Shown: positions 43,086 through 58,183 of the stretch, piece by piece
Layout of the letters: every line of letters starts with the position of its first letter
Position numbering within the stretch: position 1 is the stretch's first letter
DNA from: the human T2T-CHM13v2.0 reference genome, Homo sapiens
Reading direction: 5' to 3' (one strand)
Length of the DNA stretch: 64,000 nt
Assembly: GCF_009914755.1 (NCBI RefSeq)
Contig: NC_060943.1
The notes under the pieces: model-generated
Told to the model about the DNA's origin: nothing
What the model saw: the letters and a program-made list of their open reading frames with translations, nothing else
Database searches by the model: none
Program-made: the position numbers and the translations under genes

Positions 43086-45690
43086 GAAAAGCCTTCCCGT
43101 CCTCACTAGTATAGGAAAGAAACAGCTGGAATATCAACACCATCTAGGCAAGGACTCTGCCCCATGCCTGGAGAAGGCCTGTGGGTGCCTTGGAGGCCCC
43201 TCTTGGCTAAACAAAGTCAGGGGTTTCTGCTATCCCTTGTCCTTCCCCATGAGTGGCCCCTTCCCCTCCTGTGAGACCAGCAGCTCCTGGAGGAGGCCTG
43301 GCAGGTTCCTGCCTGGGAAGGAGCAGGTGGGAGAGCTGGGAGGGGCAGACACTCCTCACCAGGCCCAGTGGCTCATCGCAGGTGTCAGGGCCAAACCCCA
43401 CGTTCACAGATTCCCAGGAGATCCAGGAGATAACAGTAATATCCGTGACAGCACTAAGCCATCAGGACGCATCTGGCAGCAGAGGAGATGCCTCCCTCCC
43501 TTCTACCCTTGCCCTTTCCTTGAAGGCCAGCTAACCCTGAACAGCGCTGTCACGGGACACAGGGCTCAGGAGTGGCGCAGCAAGGGGGGCGAGGTCCCTG
43601 CAGTCAGGTGCTACATGTCAAGGGGAGATCGATCAGGGCAAAGGAGAAGCATCCAGGCATCTTGGGACTGGGGCCAGCAGGAGGCCACCCTCCCCAGGTA
43701 TTTCATCAAAGCTGCTGCCTCCATAAAGCCCTCCCTGGTGGACCCTGTTCACACTCTGAGATCCCCTTCATTGCACTTGGCAACCTTAAACCACAGCTTA
43801 GGGCCTCAAGGGTGTGAGCTCCCCAAGAGCCAGAGCAGAGTCGGCTTGTTCCCAGCCCAGTGCCCCATCTTTGGCACAGGCCCTGGCATACAGTAGGCAT
43901 CTGATAAATACTTGAGGTGTGTTCAGTGCTGGGCTCTTGGAATGGTTCTTCCTGAAGGCTGTAGTCAGGAGGGGAACTGTGAGGAACCCTGCAGGAAGCG
44001 GTGGGTGGCCAAGGGTGACTCTGTTCCCGGGAAGCCCCTACAGCTGGACACGGGGTACATGCTGGGCAGGTTCACCCCATGCCGCCCAAAAGACCTTCCT
44101 CCCCTCTACTTTGGCCTCCCCGGGGGCCTCGCCCTCCTCATCCCTTTCCTGGGGCTGGATGTGATTGGATCCTTCTTGTCCCTAACAAAGCCCACCCTGG
44201 AACTCAGGACCAGGAGGAGGACTCGGGGTAGGAGGGATCCCTTCCGGGAGCCATCAGCTTTGAAAGAGGAAGCCCCTAGCGGGCTGGCACAGCAGAGAGG
44301 AGGGGAAGGAGTGAGGGCAGGAGGGTCGCCCCACCCCCCTCCCGTCCTAGGACCTGTTCTGGGGGGAAAGGGGGAAGCCAGGGATCAGCCCCCTCAAACA
44401 AGAAAAACTGGAATTAGCACTGAACTCAGAGGGTTTGCTGGGGCTTAGCAAGCTGCGACCTGCCCCAGGCCTCTGGGCACGCGGCGGGGCTCTGCCTCCT
44501 CTGTTCCCAGGGTGGCGGGGCAGGCGCCGCCTCCTCACTGGGCTTGTGGCCTCTCCTCTGCCAAGGGCGGCCGTGGGTGAGGAGGCGGCCAGACACAGGA
44601 CAGAGTGGGGGGCCGGAAGGGGTGCCAGCTAACCACGCAGGCAGGTAAAGCTAAGCTTCCAGAGTGTAAAAGGAATGTGTAATTTCTCGAAAATGCCCCA
44701 GCCCGCATTGGTACACACAGTAAGCCACTCAGTGAACATTCTCTCGGTACAGAGTTAAAAAAAAAAAAAAAGTGCAATTTATCTTTTACCCTCCGTGAGG
44801 GTAAAATCTGAAAAGCACCATCAGCCTCCTGGGCCTCTTTCTCCCGGGCCTTGTTAGTTCAGGGATAAGGGCTGCCCTCCCTTGCTTGGCTGTCACTGCT
44901 GCTAAGGGGGTGCCGGAGTGCCTGACCTTACAGGGTGCTCATTGGAGTTGGGGGCACACCAGCACTCAGTCCCCTGCTGGGTCTGGGATGAATGCAGTGG
45001 GGAGTGTGGATGCTGGGTGGGTTCTTGAACAGCCAGTGTGTGGGGCAGGACCAGACCCCCGTTGCAGGCCTGCCTCAGCCCCCTTTCTTGTGAGGGCTGG
45101 GGCTGGGCAGGTGTGGAGGGCTGGATGGAGGGGTCTCTCTCTTCAGGCTGCCTTCGGGCCTCGCAGGGGTAGGGTGTAGCCACATGGTCTAGGGAAAGAG
45201 GAGAGGGTTGGAGGGTCCTACCACTGGAGGCCTCTTCCTGCTGGCCGAGGGTCCTGCTGGAATCTGGAGCTGCGGTGTGTGTGAGTGGCCAGGGCTGCAG
45301 CTGTAGGTGATTTGCAAGGAAGTCTGCACAAAGGGCTCCTTGAGCCTAGGGCTGCTTAGCCAGGCCTGCCCCTCAGGCAGAGGACTCCCTCTCCTCCTCC
45401 CAGGGGCAGATAAGAAGCCTCGCCAAGGCCTCAGCCCAGTAACCCCTTCAGCCCCCTCCCCTGACCCCAAGAGACTGCCTTCAGGCTCTGGACATACTCC
45501 GTTTGGAGCCTTGTCCTCTGCTATTTATTTGTCTTGCCTGGGGGAAGTAAGTCACCCCCTTAGGGTAAGAGGGGCTCAGGATGGATGGAGAGCTCATGAA
45601 AGTCAGGATTGCCGCCAGGGAAAATGCTGTATTATTTACAAATGTGACCTGGCCCACAGACAACCTTGGAAGTAGCTTCTTTCTGGTTTT

Positions 45691-45741
45691 AAAAAGACAC
45701 CGACATTGACTTTGATATGTTTATATTATAGATATAATACA
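45691..45741 (-). terminator. CEBPA cleavage/polyadenylation region with non-canonical hexamer
   Basis: Sense strand: UGUA (45738-45741), overlapping AAUAUA/UAUAAA (45720-45727), inferred cleavage ~45706, downstream GU/U-rich UGUCGGUGUCUUUUU (45691-45705); no AAUAAA nearby. Confidence 0.75.
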
Positions 45742-47109
45742 TAAAACATCTAGAGTGAGACTCTACGTTCTCCCCAAAAGAAGAGAACCAAGCCGTCCTT
45801 CCCTGCTCCCAGCCCCAGTGATGCGTTGGCGGGAGGCCACCTCCCTTCCCGACCAGGAGCCAGGGCCTCTGGGGGACAAGCCTTGTGGGCAGCCCAGGCC
45901 GGAGGGGCTGGGGAAAGCTGAGGGCAAAGGAGAACCCCCCTCACCTCATTGGTCCCCCAGGATCAAAAGTAATCCCAAAACCAAAAGGAAAGAGAGTCTC
46001 AGACCCTTCCCCCAGCTGCCGACGGAGAGTCTCATTTTGGCAAGTATCCGAGCAAAACCAAAACAAAACAAAAACCAAATAAAATGGTGGTTTAGCAGAG
46101 ACGCGCACATTCACATTGCACAAGGCACTGCTGGGGCACAGAGGCCAGATACAAGTGTTGATATCGGCTGATAAAGCAAAATATTTGGAAAGCTTGTCAT
46201 AACTCCGGTCCCTCTGGGATGGACTGATCGTGCTTCGTGTTCCTAGGCAATGCTGAAGGCATACAGTACAAACAAGGCTGAGGGTCCCAGTGGCCCTTCA
46301 CCCCCCATGCCCGCCCCACAGCCAGATCTCTAGGTCTCCCTCTCCCACCAGGGGTATACATCCTCAGAGCTGACCCACGACCTAGCTTTCTGGTCTGACT
46401 CGGGGTGGGGGCTCCCACTGGTCACCTGGTGACCCCCATCGCAGTGAGTTCCGCCCCAAGGGGAAGCCCAGCCTATAGCAGGCTGGGGTGGGGTGTGTGC
46501 GGAGGGAGGTGGGAGAGGCGTGGAACTAGAGACCCTCCACCTTCATGTAGAACTAGGGGAACAACCTTAGGTTCCAAGCCCCAAGTCCCTATGTTTCCAC
46601 CCCTTTCTAAGGACAGGCGTGGAGGAGCGGCTGGGGCTGGCGGGCTTGTCGGGATCTCAGCTCCCTGAGCCCCCCTCCTGCCACGGGCCTGCTCCCCTCC
46701 TTCTCTCATGGGGGTCTGCTGTAGCCTCGGGAAGGAGGCAGGAAACCTCCAAATAAAATGACAAGGCACGATTTGCTCCCCCTACTCAGTAGGCATTGGA
46801 GCGGTGAGTTTGCATTTCCAAGGCACAAGGTTATCCTAAATACTAGAGTTGCCGGGCTCCCAGCTCAGCCCCAAGAATTCTCCCCTCCTCGCAGGGAGAA
46901 GCCACCGCCTGGCCCCCTCATCTTAGACGCACCAAGTCCGGCGCAGAGGAAGGGAGGGGACACGCGGAGCAGGCCAGGCTTTCAGGAGGCACCGGAATCT
47001 CCTAGTCCTGGCTCGCACGGCTCGGGCAAGCCTCGAGATCCGGCGACCCCAAACCACTCCCTGGGTCCCCGCCGGAGGCTGGCCCAGGGCGGTCCCACAG
47101 CCGCGCGCC

Positions 47110-48357
<1,248 letters not shown>

Positions 48358-48537
48358 CTAGAGTCCGAGGCGGCCTCTGTCCCCGGGCTGCGGCGGCGCG
48401 GCGCCTGCTGGGTCCTAGCGCGCGGCCGGCATGGGGCGGCGAACCAGCGCGGCACAGCGCCGCGCTCCCCAGGCAGGCCGCGGCGCAACGCCCACCGCCT
48501 CCAGCGCGCCCAGCAGAGCCGCGGCGCTCGCTCCAAG

Positions 48538-48576
48538 CTCCGCCCCCGGCCCGGCCGTCGCCCCCGCGCCCACGTG
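48538..48576. promoter_or_regulatory. Proximal promoter GC box and USF/MYC E-box
   Basis: ctccgccccc (Sp/KLF) at 48538-48547 and CACGTG at 48571-48576; human CEBPA autoregulation via USF at a proximal E-box is recalled from the literature. Confidence 0.7.
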
Positions 48577-48629
48577 GTCGGTAGCGGGGGCCCCCTCCTC
48601 CTGCCTGCCCTAGGCGCCCGTATCCAGCC

Positions 48630-50830
48630 ACGGCCGGGAGCCCAGGAGTATCCCGAGGCTGCACGGGGTAGGGGTGGGGGGCGGAGGGCGAGTCTTGGTC
48701 TTGAGCTGCTGGGGCGCGGATTCTCTTTCAAAGCCAGAACCAGGCCTGTCCCGGACCCGCGTCCCGGGGAGGCTGCAGCGCAGAGCAGCGGGGCTGGGGC
48801 CGGTGGGGGGCCGTTTGGGACGCGCGGAGAGGTCCTGAGCGCGGTGGCTCTGCGTCTCCTAGCTCTGATCTCCAGGCTACCCCTGTGATTCCGCGCAGAG
48901 GTACCTCTCGGAGGACGCCGGGGTCCCATGGGCGGCGCCGCGCAGGGCGCTAGGACCCCGCGGGGAGCGGAGGCGGCCTCGGCCCGGGAGCCTGGAGGAC
49001 CTGGCCGGTCGATCCGCCCGGGCTGGAAAACTTTCTTTATAATTACTTCTCCAGGTCGGAGCGCGCGGCTTGCTAGGCGCGCGGGGCCGGCGCTGTTACC
49101 CGGCGTGGAGTCGCCGATTTTTTTTCCTGCGGGACCGCGGGGCCCCCCAGACTAGCGGAGCTGGACGCCGGGGCGAGCACGGGGAGGGGCGCACCGAGGG
49201 AGGAGACAAACTTAACTCTGGGGCCGGGATTCCGAGGCGGGGGCCGCAGCCCTCGAGGCCCGAAGCCACCGCTTCCTCCCCCGCCTCCCCATTCAGGTGG
49301 GCGCCAACGGCGGGAGCGAGGGTGTCCAGGCCGCCGGGCTGCCAGGTCCGAGCACCCACAGGGAGAACTCTGCCCAGTGGTTCGCCGGGCGCTGTAGTCC
49401 CCGGGATCCTAGGGACCGAGGCGGCCAGGCCCTGGGGCCCCTTGAGTGCGGCAGCTAATGCTCTCACCGCGGCGGGGGAAGGAGCTTGCCACCGAGACCC
49501 CCAGCCACGTGCGTCCCTCGCATTCTTTACCGGGGCCGGGGTGGCGGCTACGGACCGTCAGCTGGGCCCAGATGGAGTCTTGGGAGCCCTCAAGTGTCTC
49601 CTGTCCTTGCCCGCGCCGCCCCTCGCCACTGGCGCTGAGGCCTGACGCCGCCTGCGTCCCGGCTAGAGGCGCGCTTGCCTACAGGTGAGGGAAGACCCCC
49701 TTCACCGACAGTGGCCTTAGGCCTGGCAAGGCGCCACGACCCGCCCAGGAGCCCCGGAGGGGGCACAGCTAAAAACACCGCTGGAGAGCCCCGAGCTTCC
49801 ACGACGATCGCAGTAAAGAAGCAGTTTCATCTGGGCAACGCACACTGCGCTTTAATCAAGTTCCTATTCAACATAGTCCCAGTGATTAATAGCCCAACTG
49901 CTTCGTTTTCGGTCCAGAGCTCATAAACAAGATATTTTTAGCTTGACGCTTTTGGACGGGAGGGAGTAAAAACCAGATACGTTAAATAAATATCCCGATG
50001 TGAGCCGGAGAGCTGCTTGCTGAGCCAAATGCAGGACCCATTCATATAGCATTCACCTGTGGAGGGAGACCTGGACGGAAATCAAAAAGCACCAAGAGCG
50101 ATTTGCATTTTTTTCTGCGGTGCTAAAACTAATGGCTTTTCCTACCTAGGAACAAAGAAACGCCACTGTACATGCACGGTTCCCGGCCTGTGGAGTTGTG
50201 GGAGGAAGGCGATGTCTGGCCTTTTTTGCACAGCTGCTGTTGCCTGCCCAGAGATCGGGAACTCTGCCCCGTAGGACTGGAAGAAACCTCAGTAATGGGA
50301 ATAAGACTTTGTCCAATAGGGGGCTGATGAATGTGTGGGGGCGACAATGGCAAGGAGTGGGACTCCCGGCCCGGGGTTCGCCAACCCCAGGGGCCACAGG
50401 TCCTCCTACAATTGAACCAGAATTCACCCACCCGGGCCTGCCCTGTGCAGGGTGCCGAGAGCCCAGGGATGCATGAGAGGGTGGCTCCTGCCTCTGGGAA
50501 CTGGGACAGTGGGAGAGACGGATAAGTTGTCACACAGAGGCTGCTGGGAGGAAGGAGGAGACAGAAGGAGTAGGAGATGGGACTTCATTCATTCATCAAA
50601 TGCACACGAGGCACAAATGGGAATCAAGGGTGGATGTGCTGTGATGAAGAGAAGTCCTGCCCTGAACAAGGTGGCGCTGTGGAGGAGGCAGAGATCAGAT
50701 TTGTCTGCGGAGGTGTTATGGACTGAACTGTGTCCCTGCCCCAAATTCCTATGTTGAAGGCCTAACCCCCATGTGACTGTATTTGGAGATAAGGCTTTTA
50801 GGAAGTCATTAAAGTGAGATGATGTCATAT
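48630..50830 (+). ncRNA. CEBPA-DT: CEBPA divergent transcript lncRNA (CEBPA-AS1/ADINR)
   Basis: Position divergent from CEBPA recalled from annotation; the CpG-island bidirectional promoter and an ATTAAA at 50808-50813 fit the expected 3' end. Boundaries cannot be derived from sequence alone. Confidence 0.6.
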
Positions 50831-51050
50831 GGGTAGGGTCCTAATTTGATAGGATTGGTGGCCTTATCAGAAGAACAATGTCATGGGCATGCACAGAAAG
50901 GAGGTGGCCGTCTGCAAGCAGGGAAGAGGCCCCTCACCAGAACCTGAGGGTGCTGGCAGCTTGGCTTTGGCCTTGGGCATCCAGCCTCCAGAACCATGAG
51001 AAATAAATGTTTATGGTAGGTCTATGATGGCAGCCTGCTTGGACTGAACC
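50714..51050 (+). mobile_element. MLT1A-type MaLR solo LTR
   Basis: tgttatggactgaactgtgtcc...tatgttgaag...tgtgactgtatttggagat...cagcctccagaaccatgagaaataaatg. Confidence 0.8.
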
Positions 51051-52702
51051 GGCGGTGAGACAGGGCTTCATGCAGGAGCAGACCTTTGAGCTGGGCCTTG
51101 AAAGTTGAGCAGGAATTTGCTGGAAGGATAAGGGAGGAAGGCTCTTCTAGGAGGAGGGAATGGTAAGTGCAAAGGTGGAGAGCCTGCCAGTGCATGTGTT
51201 CTGGTAACAAAGAACGAGATGGTTGGCCGGCTGGAGAGTGGGGTGAGGGAGGGTGGGGCCTAGATAAGGCTGGATCCGCAGACAGGGCTGGGCTGATGGC
51301 CAAGGCCACTGCAGGTGAAGGGGGAACCCTTATCTCCCAGGCTTTTGACCTCCAGATTTTAGCAGGGGAGCTTCGTTGTCGGATTTGGGTTCCTGAGAAT
51401 CTACTCTGGCCAAGACGGAGAGGGGGTGTTGACCAGATGGGAAAGGATGGAGACTTGTATTGCCCCAGTAATGAGCGGGCAGGGTAGATTAGAACAAGAT
51501 GTCAGGACTTGGGGGCTGAATGCCAGGCTTCTGGCTGGGATTACCACCCCCTGACACATATAATGCCCAGGAAATTGGAGGCCCCTCTCCAAGCCCCCAG
51601 GAGGCCACTGGGGACTCATTCCAGGATACTCACCTGCCTGCTTTGTGGTTTTGGAGGGGAAGACCTTGGAGCAGTTGCGAAGATCCATCTACCATGTTCT
51701 GGTTTTTCCTTGGAAGCCTAAAAGTGTACCTCGGGATGAGGAGGAAATGGTTTTGAGGGCAAGTGGTAGGTCTCTGGCTAGGCCTGGCGGGGTTCTCAGA
51801 GGACAGGGGGTGTCTAGGGCCCTAGATAGAAGTGTCCTGCCCAAGCCCTAAAGCAGGAAATTAGCTGGGGAGTTGGGGTGAGACCCTGGGGTCGATGGAG
51901 GCACTTTCCATGGGAGAGTCCCACAGGGTAAGGGAGAGGGGGCTGATGTCTGACAGTCTCATAGACAGTTGGCTTGTGGCTGGAGAAGTGGGAGCAAAGG
52001 AGAAATCACCTTTGATTGGGAGAAGTGGCTCTGGCTCATGTGCAACTGAGACAAAGCCAGTCCTAAGAGCAGCTTGTAAATTCTTCTGTGACCACCTTTA
52101 AGGTCCTTCTTCCTGAGGCTGTGAATGGGGGTGTACACAGGCCCAGTGTGGGGGGTTGAGCGTGAGTCCCCGGGAAACGGTGGTCCTGAGTTTTGGATGC
52201 TCCAGGATGAAGCCTGATTCTGGAGTCAATCACAGCACTAACCATTTTGAGAAGACAAACAGAGCCCTAGAAATGTTTTATTTTACTTTGGTTTAACCTT
52301 CCTAATGCAAGGCCCACGAGAGAATTAGTACGTAAGTTTGGAAATCAATCAAATTCTGAAGAGCAAAAACGGAACTAACCCTTCTGATGTAGTTTTCTGA
52401 CTTTATCTGAAGCTGAAATGTGTGTGTAAGATTGGTCGCTCCAAACAGGACCAATTCAGATAAGATAAAAGTCCAGAACTATGATTTCAGGCTCAGCTGA
52501 GCTCTGGCTAGGGGTACAAGTATCTAATATGGTATAGCTAATAATGTCTCAATCATTCAATAAGATACTCTCAAAGGCCTTCCTCCAACTAGACAAACAA
52601 AACAAAATAAAAACACTAGTTACTTTTTGTTACAAATGGATTCATAAACGGTTTTATACTGATTCATTTTAGGCTTTAGATCTTGACATGTAAAGCATAT
52701 GA

Positions 52703-53036
<334 letters not shown>

Positions 53037-53273
53037 TAGTGTTTTTTATCCACAGGCGCCCAGCTCTACCCATGAGATTACTTATCCTGTCTCCCCAGGA
53101 GGCAGGTGGTGTAGGGAGCTGCTGGGAGGATTAGGGAGAATGTTGTGCCAAGGCCAGTTCCTGGCATGCAGGACACACTTGCTCAGTAAATAAGAGCTTG
53201 GCATACGCTTCCCTACTCTCCTTGTCTCTCCATAAGTGCACTTTTGAGGTTCTAGTTTTCCCCAAAACTTTGA

Positions 53274-53888
<615 letters not shown>

Positions 53889-53909
53889 TAACAAATTCTG
53901 TCTTCATAA

Positions 53910-54377
<468 letters not shown>

Positions 54378-54432
54378 TAATATTCATCTACTATACCATG
54401 TGTGTGATTTCTTTTGTCATTTTTCATGTTTA

Positions 54433-54815
54433 TAATATAGTTAGGCTTTGTGTCCCTGCCCAAATGTCATCTTGAATTATAATCCCTGTATTCCCCACAA
54501 TCCCCATGTGTCAAGGGAGAGACCAGGTAGAGGTAATTGATTCATGGGGGCAGTTTCCCCCCAACGTTGTTCTCATGATAGTGAGTTCTCATGAGATCTC
54601 ATGGTTTCATAAGGGGCTCTTCCCTCTTCTCTCGGCACTTCTCCTTCCTGCCGCCTTGTGAAGAAGGTGCCTTTCTTCCCCTTCATCTTCTGCCATGATT
54701 GTAAGTTTCCTGAGGCCTCCCCAGCCATGCTGAACTGTGAGTCAATTAAACCTCTTTTCTTAAATTACCCAGTCTCAGGCAGTTCTTTACAGCAGTATGA
54801 GAAAGGACTAATACA
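54433..54815 (+). mobile_element. THE1 (D-like) MaLR solo LTR
   Basis: Full LTR (...ccatgattgtaagtttcctgaggcctccccagccatg...ggactaataca) with a near-perfect 5-bp TSD gttta/gtttg. Confidence 0.88.
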
Positions 54816-54898
54816 GTTTGTTGATTTTATTTGCTTGCAACTGCTAGCAGGTAAGCAGTAGCTGGCACCAAACATTCTAGAAAAAGAAAATTGAGTCA

Positions 54899-55225
<327 letters not shown>

Positions 55226-56031
55226 TCAGAAAATTCTATCTAGTAATTTTGTTGAGCAAATTGGGAAAAGCCCTTCATTCTATTTTGGTGGAAAACTTCT
55301 TTGGTAAATGATGGGTCCCCAAACTCTGCATCTAGCATTTGGGGAGCACTGCAGAAGGCAAGCATTGGATGTGGCAGGTCGCCCATGCTTCTGTGAGATC
55401 CGAGACAAGAGTACAAATGGCAGCCCCCATAGCATCTGTTTAAATATGAAAAGTTACCAATCAAACTGAGAAACCGTTAGAGAAAATATGTTCTACCTTC
55501 TTGTCTTAACACATACATCTTTATCATGTCCTAGAAGACCGGATAGAATCTGGTTTGGGAACATGGTGGTGTGGGGATACCCAGCCATACCAATTCTCTT
55601 CCCATCCCATCCTCTATTCCATTCCCCGCCAGAAAGGTCCTGAGTCAGGGGTGTGGATTCCCAACACAGGGCACAAATGCCGCCTGTGCCCCTTGAAAAA
55701 TGCCACACCTTCTTCCTTCCCACATCCTGGGGCTTGGGGGCCTGGTGAAGAGGACCACGCAGGTCCAGGCAGCTGGCCCTGGGCTGCTAGGGCAGGAAAC
55801 TCCTTCGCCCGTGGGCAGGAGCAGCCAGAGCGGGACTAGCGGGCACCCTCTCCTGTGAGGGTCCAGCACAGGGGCCCTCCTGCCTGAGTCTAAGGGTGGG
55901 ACTAGGCCGGCACTCACAGGGCAAGCAGGAGAGCAGGGACCCCACTGGTCCTCGCCTTGTCTGGGGGCCCCTGGCCCTGCTTCTGTAGGAGGACATGACA
56001 GTTGGCAATAATTCCACACCTGTGTCCCCAG

Positions 56032-56105
56032 TTCTTCCCTTCCCTCCACCTCACCATGCACATCCTGCTTCTTCCCTTCCCTCCACCTCACCATGCACAT
56101 CCTGC
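56032..56105. repeat. Perfect 37-bp tandem duplication
   Basis: ttcttcccttccctccacctcaccatgcacatcctgc x2. Confidence 0.95.
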
Positions 56106-56890
56106 TTCCAGCCCCGGGGCTTTCTCACCTGGACCACTGCACCAGCCTCTGACTGGCCTCCCTGTGGCTTTCCCTGCTGCCATGCCCCCCACTCTCTCCA
56201 CAAAGTAGCCCGAGTTATCCCTTAAACATGCACTCAGCCTGTAATCCCAGTGCTTTGGGAGGCTGAGGTAGGAGGATCACTCGGGGCCACGAGTTGGAGA
56301 CCAGCCTTGGCAACATAGCAAGACCTCCCTCTCTACAAAAAAAAGTTTTTTTAAAAAAACAAAGTGAAACATGCACTCAGATCACACCACTCACCAACTT
56401 AAACCCTCCTGTCACCACCCATTGCGCATGGGAGAAAACCCGTGTACATCCAGCTGGCCACAGACCCTGCCTAAATTGGCACTCGTCTCTGCTCATGCCC
56501 CATCCGCTCCTTGACTCCCTAGCTGGCTTTGCCAAGCAGAGCGTCTCCCAGCCGCAAGGTGCTGCGCTTTGCACTTTTGGTTCCCTGGAATGCTCTTCCC
56601 AGGTTGGCACGACTCCTTCCTTCCTGTCATTTGAGAAGGGGCTCTCAGGTTCCTCGCAGGGACCTGCTGCACACTCGTCACCCCTCCCCCATTGTTCCGT
56701 AGGCCACTGTGTGTTTTATTTTCCTCATAGCACCCTCTAAAAATGGTATTTTATGTGTTCCTTATCAGCTTCTCCCCACTAGAGTGCCAACTCCACAAAC
56801 GCAGGAACCTTGTCTGTCCTGTTCTGCCCATTCCCAGAGCTAGGGCCAGCCTCAGCCTATGCGAGAGCCTCAAATATTTGTTGAACGAAC
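56100..56890 (+). mobile_element. L2 fragments with an inserted Alu monomer (~56235-56360)
   Basis: ctcacctggaccactgc..., ctccccactagagtg...aaatatttgttgaacgaa; Alu flanked by aaacatgcactcag. Confidence 0.55.
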
Positions 56891-57584
56891 ACAGATGGAT
56901 TTGACTGCAGAAAACTGCTACCCCGCCACCCTCCTGGAACTGAGTCTGTTCCTAAGCCTAGAGTTGTTCAAGGGTGGCCCTGAAGGATGCTGGAGAAGAC
57001 CCGACTGACCCCCGGGTCAGGGATCACTACATCTGACTCAGTCCGGAGCTTCCTGAAGCAGTTTCAGGCAAGGCTGCCAGGGCCTGGAGGACCTGCTCAG
57101 TGCCTTTAGGGTAACTCCAAAGAGGCCACTGACAGGCAGTTATGGCCCCCAGGGGCTTGGCTAAGCAAGAAGAACCTTTGTAGGGAGGAAAATGGGGCCT
57201 TTTTTCGGGGTAGCTGCAGTCCAGCCAGGACACAAGGCTTTGTGGGCAGAGGTCACCTGAGTTGGGCCCTACCTGAAGCGCCCCCTCCACCATGGCTCCA
57301 GAGCTCCCCCTACCTGTAGGGCACTGCCAGGAGGGGCGCCCAGGGAAGCATGGACATGGCTGAGTATCAGACCCACCTAGGGAAATGGGCCTGTCTCCCA
57401 GCTGGCTCATAGGGGCCACAGGGACTGCTCTATCCTGCCGACTTGGCAGACCCCACTGCTCCAGAGATAGGGTGGAGTCCTTGGAGCCCATTCTTGTGCA
57501 CCCACCGTTCTGACCCCATTTCTTCTCTTTGCTGAATTCCAAGGATTTGTGCCTCAAGAGGCATCTTTTAAAAAAATTTTAGCT

Positions 57585-58183
<599 letters not shown>

